This document shows positions 25,230 to 38,194 of a DNA stretch of 64,000 bases, piece after piece. The translations under genes and the position numbers were made by a program. Within the stretch, counting starts at the first letter, position 1, and every line of letters starts with the position of its first letter. The stretch covers positions 26,226,001-26,290,000 of the forward strand of contig OZ024758.1 of assembly GCA_964016885.1 (NCBI GenBank). The letters are read 5' to 3'. The notes beneath the pieces were generated by a model that worked only from the letters and a program-made list of their open reading frames with translations, was not told the origin of the DNA and did no database searches. The DNA comes from Eledone cirrhosa. Taxonomy: Eukaryota.

Positions 25230-26200
25230 TCGCCTTTCAACAAATTTTGCTAGGAGGCAACACCTCTTTTCTCACACTCATCTTCCTCTCCAAGCGAAAC
25301 TTGGAAAAGTTGATGAGGGTTAGGCCAAAGAGGAATTTGTCCACCACACAACCTCTTTCACTGTAGCAATCAGAAAGAAGAAAACTGTTTGCTCTTTTCA
25401 GCCAAAGAAAATGATAAGGAACTCTTATTGTGGATTCATCTGATAGCTGTATCTGTCCTGCATACAATAGCTACTTGATAAAACTTCACAAGTCAGCAAT
25501 GCTTAGATATTGAACAAGTGCATGCAAAATTGTTTTGTACCCCAGTGCACATCTCAAATAGGCCTGACTGATGACATCCCTACCTGTAGAATTTGTCTTC
25601 AACCAGTCATGCTCTCAGTTACCACTTCTAGGCCAAATATTTCTGGAAATTATCCATTGTTTCTGATTTGTAAGTCCTTCAGAACAAACCAACTATTTTG
25701 GTCTTGTTAAAGCTCAGAGTTTCTTAGAGAATTTTGTCACGTTTTCTCACCCCCATTTCTCACCCCATAATGCTAATGTCAAAGTTCCACTGACTGTACT
25801 GCTAGACTAGGAGAAACCTGTGAGTGCCTGGCAACATTCTAGATGTTAGGTGCTAAGACTAGATCTTTATTTGATCCAGAACTGCAGCTCCATCAAAGAA
25901 AGAAGCTGTGCCAGGCTAAGGATTTTAGAAAATTACTATAATCTTGATAGGAAAATCCTTCAGAAAAGATTATTCATACTGTCCTTGTCAACATCCCAAA
26001 TTGCATCTAGGTCATTGTCACTCATATCCTCCACTACCTTTCTATAGAGTTGACATTGACATTGACTCATCGCATTGACAAGTAATGTTGGTGACAAGAT
26101 TGAAGAGTTGATTGAACTAACCCTAGAAAATGACTGGTACATATTTTATCAAATTCATATCTATGAAAGATATAGGCAACTCCAGTGAACATGTAAGATA
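25230..26200 (+). pseudogene. Possible decayed Penelope-like reverse transcriptase remnant
   Basis: Short motifs in broken frames, RPNISGNYP (cf. RPIIS), VNIP (cf. TNIP) and ELIELTLENDWY, occur in the order expected for a PLE RT; heavily decayed. Confidence 0.3.
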
Positions 26201-26759
26201 AAATAATCAAGATTGTAAGATAACTAATTTCATATATTTGCATTTCAACCATTACACCTCCCTATAAAAAACAAAAACAAACATAGCTCAACAAGGAAAT
26301 GTCCAAATGGTTGCTAGAATTGCTAGAAATAGCAACCAGCATCTCTTAACCTGTTGACTACTGCGTATATTTTACACAACTACAGTTACTGTGCCAGGTT
26401 ATTTTTTCGTAAAATGACTATCTTTTTAAACAAACATTTATTAACACATATCTGAATGATTGACAAATATCACACCAATAAACGAGTTATCTCGTCCATG
26501 GCACTGGAATGCATATATGTTAGGATGAGTTATCTCATTTACAGCAATGAAGGGGCTAAACAATAGCCTTCTGTCATAAAAAAAAGAAAGAACTCATAAC
26601 ATAATGTAGTCCTACATATCCCTAAAACGTTGGGATAGTCATAACTGGAACAACTTTAAACAATTGTCTGTTTGTCTTAGAGTTAACCTACAGTCACACA
26701 ATGAGTACAAAGATAATATAAACAAAATATGATATAATACATAATATAGAAGTATATAC

Positions 26760-27290
26760 TGACGAAATCAGCAGTAGTGGAGGGTGTTCTGAAAGTACAG
26801 TAGCCAGAGTCAGAACGGCATGGAAAAAGTTCAGAGAGTTTATACCGCTGTTGACCACAAAAGGTTTCTCTCTAAAAATGAAAGGCAGATTGTATGATGC
26901 TTGTATACGAACAGCAATGCTACATGGCAGTGAGACATGGGCACTGCGTGCAGAGGACCTGCGTGCAGAGGACCTGCGTAGACTGGAAAGGAACGAAGCA
27001 TGCATTCTCCGTTGGATGTGTAATAGTAATATACGTGAACGGCAAAGCATAAATGAACTAAGTGAGAAATTAGGAATAAGAGGGATCAGATGCTGTTTAC
27101 TCAAGAGAAGACTACGTTGGTATGGCCACGTGATGCGCATGAAAGACGACAGCTGTATAAAAAAGTGCAGGGCGATCAAAAGTGATGGTAGTTATGGAGT
27201 AGGTAGATGCAGAAAAACCTGGGACGATCTGATAAATTCCGACCTTACACACTTGCACCTCTCTAACACAATGTCACTGGACGAGATCTT
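26760..27290 (+). mobile_element. RTE-clade LINE ORF 3' fragment
   Basis: ARVRTAWKKFRE...KGRLYDACIRTAMLHGSETW...RRLRWYGHVMR...GRCRKTW is the typical RTE C-terminus; includes an in-frame 15-bp duplication (RAEDL twice). Confidence 0.85.
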
Positions 27291-27299
27291 TAGCGCTAA

Positions 27300-27640
27300 G
27301 CAGTAATACAGAAGACCCGCCTTGCCTATGTACAAAGCGAAACCTACAGTCAGTAGGCATCTCTTAACCAAATATACACCCCAATCCACTACCCCTACCC
27401 TATCCTCCCACTCCCACCAACACCACCCTCTCTCTATAAAATTGGTACCACAACATCCAGTCCAAATAAATGAGATTGAGATCGAGATTGTGTAGGTGTC
27501 ACGAGAAAAAAAACACACAGTCCATGCTGTAATGTGGCCGTGTAGGTAACACGGTAAAAAGTTCCCAGTTCCACACTGTAAATGTGGTTGGTGTTAGGAA
27601 GGGCATCCAGCCGTAGAAAACCTGCCAGATAGTCCTATAT
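27300..27640 (+). mobile_element. RTE-tailed SINE family copy (3'-truncated)
   Basis: Reverse complement of most of the 502-900 copy. Confidence 0.75.
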
Positions 27641-28047
27641 GCATTGGTATTTCAAAACCACACCATCTAAATATAATGTGTTGACTAGCAGCCTCGACTT
27701 ATAAATGGGGCTTCAATTTTTCCTATTTCCCAGAAATAAAATTGGGGTAGACTTATATTCGGATTGGCATATATTCGAATATATAGGGAAAGTTTGACAT
27801 CATGTCTGAGAAAGCATACCTGTTAAATTACTAGCAGAGACTATTGACAGGCATTAGACAGTGCCGATATACACCACTTTAGTTATAAGGCCAGGCATTG
27901 CGAAGGATCTACAGTAAAAACAAAGGGAACAGTAGAACATTACAAAGTGAAAATCCAACCATTTAAACCCACCTGCATACACATGATAAAAAAAGGTAAC
28001 ATACATAAAATTGAGATGATGCAAGTGTTTCCTTCTCTTATTTTTAG

Positions 28048-31000
28048 GGACATATTTTTTCTAGAAGAAAATTACTTTCGATTGATGAGAAACAGAGCTC
28101 CCCAAAACTGAAGGAAGACAGTGATGGTGATGGTATCCCTGACCACCTAGAGGGAGACAGTGATGGTGATGGTATCCCTGACTACAAAGAAGATGCTGAT
28201 GGTGATGGTATCCCAGATTATCTAGATAATGATGATGATGGTGATGGTATCCCTGACCACCTAGAGGGAGACAGTGATGGTGATGGTATCCCTGACTACA
28301 AAGAAGATGCTGATGGTGATGGTATCCCAGATTATCTAGATGATGATGATGATGGTGATGGTATACCAGATCATCTGGAGGGAGACAGTGATGGTGATGG
28401 TATCCCTGACTACAAAGAAGATGCTGATGGTGATGGTATCCCAGATTATCTAGATAATGATGATGATGGTGATGGTATCCCTGACCACTTAGAGGGAGAC
28501 AGTGATGGTGATGGTATCCCTGACTACAAAGAAGATGCTGATGGTGATGGTATCCCAGATTATCTAGATGATGATGATGATGGTGATGGTATACCAGACC
28601 ATCTGGAGGGAGACAGTGATGGTGATGGTATCCCTGACTACAAAGAAGATGCTGATGGTGATGGTATCCCAGATTATCTAGATAATGATGATGATGGTGA
28701 TGGTATCCCTGACCACCTAGAGGGAGACAGTGATGGTGATGGTATCCCAGACTACAAAGAAGATGCTGATGGTGATGGTATCCCAGATTATCTAGATAAT
28801 GATGATGATGGTGATGGTATCCCTGACCACCTAGAGGGAGACAGTGATGGTGATGGTATCCCAGACTACAAAGAAGATGCTGATGGTGATGGTATCCCAG
28901 ATTATCTAGATGATGATGATGATGGTGATGGTATACCAGACCATCTGGAGGGAGACAGTGATGGGGATGGTATCCCTGACCACCTAGAGGGAGACAGTGA
29001 TGGTGATGGTATCCCAGACTACAAAGAAGATGCTGATGGTGATGGTATCCCAGATTATCTAGATAATGATGATGATGGTGATGGTATACCAGACCATCTG
29101 GAGGGAGACAGTGATGGTGATGGTATCCCTGACTACAAAGAAGATGCTGATGGTGATGGTATCCCAGATTATCTAGATGATGATGATGATGGTGATGGTA
29201 TCCCTGACCACCTAGAGGGAGACAGTGATGGTGATGGTATCCCAGACTACAAAGAAGATGCTGATGGTGATGGTATCCCAGATTATCTAGATAATGATGA
29301 TGATGGTGATGGTATACCAGATCATCTGGAGGGAGACAGTGATGGTGATGGTATCCCAGACTACAAAGAAGATGCTGATGGTGATGGTATCCCAGATTAT
29401 CTAGATAATGATGATGATGGTGATGGTATACCAGATCATCTGGAGGGAGACAGTGATGGTGATGGTATCCCAGACTACAAAGAAGATGCTGATGGTGATG
29501 GTATCCCAGATTATCTAGATAATGATGATGATGGTGATGGTATCCCAGACCATCTGGAGGGAGACAGTGATGGTGATGGTATCCCAGACTACAAAGAAGA
29601 TGCTGATGGTGATGGTATCCCAGATTATCTAGATAATGATGATGATGGTGATGGTATCCCAGACCATCTGGAGGGAGACAGTGATGGTGATGGTATCCCA
29701 GACTACAAAGAAGATGCTGATGGTGATGGTATCCCAGATTATCTAGATGATGATGATGATGGTGATGGTATCCCTGACCATCTGGAGGGAGACAGTGATG
29801 GTGATGGTATCCCAGACTACAAAGAAGATGCTGATGGTGATGGTATCCCAGATTATCTAGATAATGATGATGATGGTGATGGTATCCCAGACCATCTGGA
29901 GGGAGACAGTGATGGTGATGGTATCCCTGACCACCTAGAGGGAGACAGTGATGGTGATGGTATCCCTGACTACAAAGAAGATGCTGATGGTGATGGTATC
30001 CCAGATTATCTAGATGATGATGATGATGGTGATGGTATCCCTGACCACCTAGAGGGAGACAGTGATGGTGATGGTATCCCAGACTACAAAGAAGATGCTG
30101 ATGGTGATGGTATCCCAGATTATCTAGATAATGATGATGATGGTGATGGTATCCCTGACCACCTAGAGGGAGACAGTGATGGTGATGGTATCCCAGACTA
30201 CAAAGAAGATGCTGATGGTGATGGTATCCCAGATTATCTAGATGATGATGATGATGGTGATGGTATACCAGATCATCTGGAGGGAGACAGTGATGGTGAT
30301 GGTATCCCAGACTACAAAGAAGATGCTGATGGTGATGGTATCCCAGATTATCTAGATGATGATGATGATGGTGATGGTATACCAGATCATCTGGAGGGAG
30401 ACAGTGATGGTGATGGTATCCCAGACTACAAAGAAGATGCTGATGGTGATGGTATCCCAGATTATCTAGAGGATGATGATGATGGTGATGGTATACCAGA
30501 TCATCTGGAGGGAGACAGTGATGGTGATGGTATCCCTGACTACAAAGAAGATGCTGATGGTGATGGTATCCCAGATTATCTAGATGATGATGATGATGGT
30601 GATGGTATACCAGATCATCTGGAGGGAGACAGTGATGGTGATGGTATCCCAGACTACAAAGAAGATGCTGATGGTGATGGTATCCCAGATTATCTAGATA
30701 ATGATGATGATGGTGATGGTATCCCTGACCACCTAGAGGGAGACAGTGATGGTGATGGTATCCCAGACTACAAAGAAGATGCTGATGGTGATGGTATCCC
30801 AGATTATCTAGATGATGATGATGATGGTGATGGTATACCAGATCATCTGGAGGGAGACAGTGATGGTGATGGTATCCCAGACTACAAAGAAGATGCTGAT
30901 GGTGATGGTATCCCAGATTATCTAGATGATGATGATGATGGTGATGGTATACCAGATCATCTGGAGGGAGACAGTGATGGTGATGGTATCCCAGACTACA

Positions 31001-34000
31001 AAGAAGATGCTGATGGTGATGGTATCCCAGATTATCTAGAGGATGATGATGATGGTGATGGTATACCAGATCATCTGGAGGGAGACAGTGATGGTGATGG
31101 TATCCCTGACTACAAAGAAGATGCTGATGGTGATGGTATCCCAGATTATCTAGATGATGATGATGATGGTGATGGTATACCAGATCATCTGGAGGGAGAC
31201 AGTGATGGTGATGGTATCCCTGACTACAAAGAAGATGCTGATGGTGATGGTATCCCAGATTATCTAGATAATGATGATGATGGTGATGGTATCCCTGACC
31301 ACCTAGAGGGAGACAGTGATGGTGATGGTATCCCAGACTACAAAGAAGATGCTGATGGTGATGGTATCCCAGATTATCTAGATGATGATGATGATGGTGA
31401 TGGTATCCCAGACCATCTGGAGGGAGACAGTGATGGTGATGGTATCCCAGACTACAAAGAAGATGCTGATGGTGATGGTATCCCAGATTATCTAGATGAT
31501 GATGATGATGGTGATGGTATCCCAGACCATCTGGAAGTTGACAGTGATGGTGATGGTATCCCAGATTCACTTGATACAGATAGTAATGTTGATGGTATGC
31601 CCCAGAAAATTTCACCCATAAAAGATACGGATGGTGATGGTATACCTGATCACCTTGACGACGATGCCAATGGAAACAACATACCTGACAAACTGGAGGT
31701 AGATAGCGATGGTGATGGTATATTGGACTACAAGGAAGACAGCGATGGTGATGGTATTCCTGATTATTTAGACTGTGATGCCGATGGTAACGGTATACCA
31801 GATAAATTAGAAAAGGACAGATACGGAAATAAAATACTGGAGTACAAAAAGGACACTGATGGTGATGGTATCCCAGATTATCTAGATGATGATGCTGATG
31901 GTGATGGTATACCAGACCATCTGGAGGGAGACAGTGATGGTGATGGTATCCCAGACTACAAAGAAGATGCTGATGGTGATGGTATCCCAGATTATCTAGA
32001 TGATGATGATAATGGTGATGGTATACCAGATCATCTGGAGGGAGACAGTGATGGTGATGGTATCCCAGACTACAAAGAAGATGCTGATGGTGATGGTATC
32101 CCAGATTATCTAGATGATGATGATGATGGTGATGGTATACCAGATCATCTGGAGGGAGACAGTGATGGTGATGGTATCCCAGACTACAAAGAAGATGCTG
32201 ATGGTGATGGTATCCCAGATTATCTAGATGATGATGATGATGGTGATGGTATCCCTGACCACCTAGAGGGAGACAGTGATGGTGATGGTATCCCAGACTA
32301 CAAAGAAGATGCTGATGGTGATGGTATCCCAGATTATCTAGATGATGATGATGATGGTGATGGTATCCCTGACCACCTAGAGGGAGACAGTGATGGTGAT
32401 GGTATCCCAGACTACAAAGAAGATGCTGATGGTGATGGTATCCCAGATTATCTAGATGATGATGATGATGGTGATGGTATCCCTGACCACCTAGAGGGAG
32501 ACAGTGATGGTGATGGTATCCCAGACTACAAAGAAGATGCTGATGGTGATGGTATCCCAGATTATCTAGATGATGATGATGATGGTGATGGTATCCCTGA
32601 CCACCTAGAGGGAGACAGTGATGGTGATGGTATCCCAGACTACAAAGAAGATGCTGATGGTGATGGTATCCCAGATTATCTAGATGATGATGATGATGGT
32701 GATGGTATCCCTGACCACCTAGAGGGAGACAGTGATGGTGATGGTATCCCAGACTACAAAGAAGATGCTGATGGTGATGGTATCCCAGATTATCTAGATG
32801 ATGATGATGATGGTGATGGTATACCAGATCATCTGGAGGGAGACAGTGATGGTGATGGTATCCCAGACTACAAAGAAGATGCTGATGGTGATGGTATCCC
32901 AGATTATCTAGATGATGATGATGATGGTGATGGTATACCAGATCATCTGGAGGGAGACAGTGATGGTGATGGTATCCCAGACTACAAAGAAGATGCTGAT
33001 GGTGATGGTATCCCAGATTATCTAGATGATGATGATGATGGTGATGGTATCCCTGACCACCTAGAGGGAGACAGTGATGGTGATGGTATCCCAGATTACA
33101 AAGAAGATGCTGATGGTGATGGTATCCCAGATTATCTAGATGATGATGATGATGGTGATGGTATACCAGACCATCTGGAGGGAGACAGTGATGGTGATGG
33201 TATCCCAGACTACAAAGAAGATGCTGATGGTGATGGTATCCCAGATTATCTAGATGATGATGATGATGGTGATGGTATACCAGATCATCTGGAGGGAGAC
33301 AGTGATGGTGATGGTATCCCAGACTACAAAGAAGATGCTGATGGTGATGGTATCCCAGATTATCTAGATGATGATGATGATGGTGATGGTATACCAGATC
33401 ATCTGGAGGGAGACAGTGATGGTGATGGTATCCCAGACTACAAAGAAGATGCTGATGGTGATGGTATCCCAGATTATCTAGATGATGATGATGATGGTGA
33501 TGGTATCCCTGACCACCTAGAGGGAGACAGTGATGGTGATGGTATCCCAGATTACAAAGAAGATGCTGATGGTGATGGTATCCCAGATTATCTAGATGAT
33601 GATGATGATGGTGATGGTATCCCTGACCATCTGGAGGGAGACAGTGATGGTGATGGTATCCCAGACTACAAAGAAGATGCTGATGGTGATGGTATCCCTG
33701 ATTATCTAGATGATGATGATGATGGTGATGGTATCCCTGACCACCTAGAGGGAGACAGTGATGGTGATGGTATCCCAGACTACAAAGAAGATGCTGATGG
33801 TGATGGTATCCCAGATTATCTAGATGATGATGATGATGGTGATGGTATACCTGACCATCTGGAGGGAGACAGTGATGGTGATGGTATCCCAGACTACAAA
33901 GAAGATGCTGATGGTGATGGTATCCCAGATTATCTAGATGATGATGATGATGGTGATGGTATCCCTGACCACCTAGAGGGAGACAGTGATGGTGATGGTA

Positions 34001-37000
34001 TCCCAGACTACAAAGAAGATGCTGATGGTGATGGTATCCCAGATTATCTAGATGATGATGATGATGGTGATGGTATACCAGATCATCTGGAGGGAGACAG
34101 TGATGGTGATGGTATCCCAGACTACAAAGAAGATGCTGATGGTGATGGTATCCCAGATTATCTAGATGATGATGATGATGGTGATGGTATACCAGATCAT
34201 CTGGAGGGAGACAGTGATGGTGATGGTATCCCAGACTACAAAGAAGATGCTGATGGTGATGGTATCCCAGATTATCTAGATGATGATGATGATGGTGATG
34301 GTATACCAGATCATCTGGAGGGAGACAGTGATGGTGATGGTATCCCAGACTACAAAGAAGATGCTGATGGTGATGGTATCCCAGATTATCTAGATGATGA
34401 TGATGATGGTGATGGTATACCAGATCATCTGGAGGGAGACAGTGATGGTGATGGTATCCCAGACTACAAAGAAGATGCTGATGGTGATGGTATCCCAGAT
34501 TATCTAGATGATGATGATGATGGTGATGGTATACCAGATCATCTGGAGGGAGACAGTGATGGTGATGGTATCCCAGACTACAAAGAAGATGCTGATGGTG
34601 ATGGTATCCCAGATTATCTAGATGATGATGATGATGGTGATGGTATACCTGACCATCTGGAGGGAGACAGTGATGGTGATGGTATCCCAGACTACAAAGA
34701 AGATGCTGATGGTGATGGTATCCCAGATTATCTAGATGATGATGATGATGGTGATGGTATACCTGACCATCTGGAGGGAGACAGTGATGGTGATGGTGTC
34801 CCAGACTACAAAGAAGATGCTGATGGTGATGGTATCCCAGATTATCTAGATGATGATGATGATGGTGATGGTATACCTGACCATCTGGAGGGAGACAGTG
34901 ATGGTGATGGTATCCCAGACTACAAAGAAGATGCTGATGGTGATGGTATCCCAGATTATCTAGATGATGATGATGATGGTGATGGTATCCCAGACCATCT
35001 GGAGGGAGACAGTGATGGTGATGGTATCCCTGACTACAAAGAAGATGCTGATGGTGATGGTATCCCAGATTATCTAGATGATGATGATGATGGTGATGGT
35101 ATCCCTGACCACCTAGAGGGAGACAGTGATGGTGATGGTATCCCAGACTACAAAGAAGATGCTGATGGTGATGGTATCCCAGATTATCTAGATGATGATG
35201 ATGATGGTGATGGTATCCCTGACCACCTAGAGGGAGACAGTGATGGTGATGGTATCCCAGACTACAAAGAAGATGCTGATGGTGATGGTATCCCAGATTA
35301 TCTAGATGATGATGATGATGGTGATGGTATCCCAGACCATCTGGAGGGAGACAGTGATGGTGATGGTATCCCTGACTACAAAGAAGATGCTGATGGTGAT
35401 GGTATCCCAGATTATCTAGATGATGATGATGATGGTGATGGTATACCTGACCATCTGGAGGGAGACAGTGATGGTGATGGTATCCCAGACTACAAAGAAG
35501 ATGCTGATGGTGATGGTATCCCAGATTATCTAGATGATGATGATGATGGTGATGGTATACCAGATCATCTGGAGGGAGACAGTGATGGTGATGGTATCCC
35601 AGACTACAAAGAAGATGCTGATGGTGATGGTATCCCAGATTATCTAGATGATGATGATGATGGTGATGGTATACCAGATCATCTGGAGGGAGACAGTGAT
35701 GGTGATGGCATCCCAGACTACAAAGAAGATGCTGATGGTGATGGTATCCCAGATTATCTAGATGATGATGATGATGGTGATGGTATACCTGACCATCTGG
35801 AGGGAGACAGTGATGGTGATGGTATCCCTGACTACAAAGAAGATGCTGATGGTGATGGTATCCCAGATTATCTAGATGATGATGATGATGGTGATGGTAT
35901 ACCTGACCATCTGGAGGGAGACAGTGATGGTGATGGTATCCCAGACTACAAAGAAGATGCTGATGGTGATGGTATCCCAGATCACCTGGATAATGATGAT
36001 GATGGTGATGGTATCCCTGACCACCTAGAGGGAGACAGTGATGGTGATGGTATCCCAGACTACAAAGAAGATGCTGATGGTGATGGTATCCCAGATTATC
36101 TAGATAATGATGATGATGGTGATGGTATCCCTGACCACCTAGAGGGAGACAGTGATGGTGATGGTATCCCAGACTACAAAGAAGATGCTGATGGTGATGG
36201 TATCCCAGATTATCTAGATGATGATGATGATGGTGATGGTATCCCAGATCACCTGGATGATGATGGCGAAGCTGTTCTTGGTCACATTGTTTTAGACAGT
36301 GATGGTGATGGTATTGCTGATTATTTGAAAGATACTGATGGTGATGGTATCCCTGACTATCTAGATGAAGATGATGATGGTGATGGTATCCCAGATACTT
36401 TAGATGATGATAAAGATGGTGATGGTATTCTTGACTACATCGACCTTGATTTAGATGGTGACGGTATTACTGATGCCAATAAAGATCACACTGTTGACAT
36501 GGAAACAGACACTGATGGTGATGGTATCCCGGACTATCTTGATGATGACGATGATGGTGATGGCATCCCTGATGCAGATGAAGAAACTGATGGTGATGGT
36601 GATGGTATACCTGACCATTTAGATGATGATAGTGATGGTGATGGCATTCCAGATAAATTGGAAGGGGATTCTGATGGGGATGGTATCCCAGACTACAAGG
36701 AAGATGCTGATGGTGATGGTATCCCTGACTATCTAGATGATGATGATGATGGTGATGGTATCCCAGATAGTGAAGAACAAGCTGATTCTTGTGAGGGTGA
36801 TTCTTGTGAGCAGACAGAAGATGAAGTTCCTAGTCTAATCTCCCAAATAGTTTCAGTAGTAGAGGAAGTGAAATCTAAAATGCCTCCATTAATTGTTCTT
36901 GAAGAAGATGATGGAAAGGAAAAAGAAGCTGATATTTTTGCAAATGTCAAGGAAATTGAACAGCTTGATCATGAAGAAAAGATTGACTTACTCTCAGTTC

Positions 37001-37070
37001 TAGAACAGGCTTCATCTCACACATATAAACAATTCATGGACTCTTTCACCACATCAGATGAGAAAGATCG
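28048..37070 (+). CDS. Giant 9,023-bp exon encoding ~3,007 aa of Asp/Gly-rich DxDGDGIPD (thrombospondin type-3-like, Ca2+-binding) repeats; probable alternative 3' exon of HSP90B1
   Basis: Strong acceptor gtgtttccttctcttatttttag|GGA, whose TAG is itself an in-frame stop. The frame is open from 28048 to TAA 37072-37074 and is the same frame as the listed 31597 ORF, with no Met before 31597. Differences between repeats are almost all synonymous in this frame. A CG|gtaaat donor sits at 37071. Confidence 0.88.
28117..31566 (+). repeat. Coding tandem array 1, 114-bp unit (LEGDSDGDGIPDY-KEDADGDGIPDY-LD[D/N]DDDGDGIPDH), ~30 units
   Basis: Period of 114 bp is directly visible (ctagagggagac at 28147 and 28261); two extra 39-bp submodules near 28950 and 29900. 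Confidence 0.95.
31861..36260 (+). repeat. Coding tandem array 2, same 114-bp unit, ~38 units
   Basis: Near-identical units, almost exclusively the DDDDD variant; separated from array 1 by a ~300-bp block of diverged repeats. Confidence 0.95.
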
Positions 37071-38194
37071 GTAAATGAGTTTATATCTGTCTTGATTATA
37101 TCAAGAAATAGTGAAGTTTAAAAGTAAAACTATTAAGATTCTGATATGATGACATTCATTTATCAGCATCGAACGCTAAATGGAATTATCAACTTTTTAT
37201 TTCGGTTCCTTGCAAAACATCTGGATTTCCTGGAAACATGTTAAAAACTCTCTAGTGATGATTTTGTTTCGCAAAATGATAAGAAAGTGGAAACCTTTCA
37301 AGAAATCAAAATATATTTTGAAAAGATCTTCTTGTCTAGTGCTTTTACCAACATTATTTGAACCAATTGATTCAACATGATATCAAAGTAAGATATGATC
37401 AAGAATCTTCATAAAGAGAACAAATATGTTTATGTAACATTGTACACACACATACACACACATATATATATATATACACACACACATATGTATATAAGTG
37501 TGTATATTTATATGTATATACAGAGCATAATATATATTTATTTATTAGTGGGTATTCCATTGTTATGTTACCAACTAGTAATTTTGCCACAACATGGTTC
37601 TTCCAGTAATGCTCCTTTTTATACTTTTATATAATGATTGTTAAAATAAGAATGGAGGTACAAATGGAATCTTTTTTACTGTTTAAATTGTGTCAAACAT
37701 TCTCATTGGCCATTATTTTGTGTTGTTTCTGCATCTTGGTATGATGATATGATGTATATATGTGAGAATATAATTGTTTCTACTTTTGGCACATGGCCAG
37801 CAATTACCCAGTATATTACTGGTACTTTATTTTATGTGAGAACATAATAATAATGAAAATGATTGTGTACAGTGCTCAGGTGCACTACAACTCATCAAAG
37901 GTGCATGTATAGTACCTAGAATAATGTACAAATGTCAGGAAGTGAAACAGATCAATTCTGTGTGCGTAGCTATTTGGGGGTAAAAAAGGTAACAGAAAGC
38001 ATTTGATTATTTATAAATTAAAACTTTATCTTAGAGTTACCATTCAAGGGTATATTGTTATTTTCCAAAAAAACTAATATGTATTGCCAGATTTATATAC
38101 AATCATCTTTGTAATTTTCTTCATGTATGATTATATCAATGGAATTTATTCATGAGTGAATAATAATAATATCATAATATTTATTGATATTCAG

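Noticed and set aside
27983-28047. ATG ATA AAA AAA G|gtaaca as a mini first exon for the giant exon
   Set aside because: The donor is phase 1 while the acceptor needs phase 0, the intron would be only 52 nt, and there is no signal peptide.
28180-28200. DYKEDAD resembles the FLAG tag (DYKDDDDK), suggesting a synthetic construct
   Set aside because: The match is only partial, and it sits in a natural repeat with synonymous divergence and genomic flanks.
28061-31615. 1184-aa His-rich ORF on the minus strand (GYHHHH repeats), resembling a His-rich structural or metal-binding protein
   Set aside because: It is the antisense shadow of (GAT/GGT)n codons. Variation between units is synonymous in the + frame but changes amino acids here, and the splice signals flank the + frame.
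31597-37074. ORF-track start at Met 31597 as a standalone 1825-aa gene
   Set aside because: The same frame is open 3.5 kb further upstream to the acceptor at 28047. The Met is internal and is not followed by a signal peptide.
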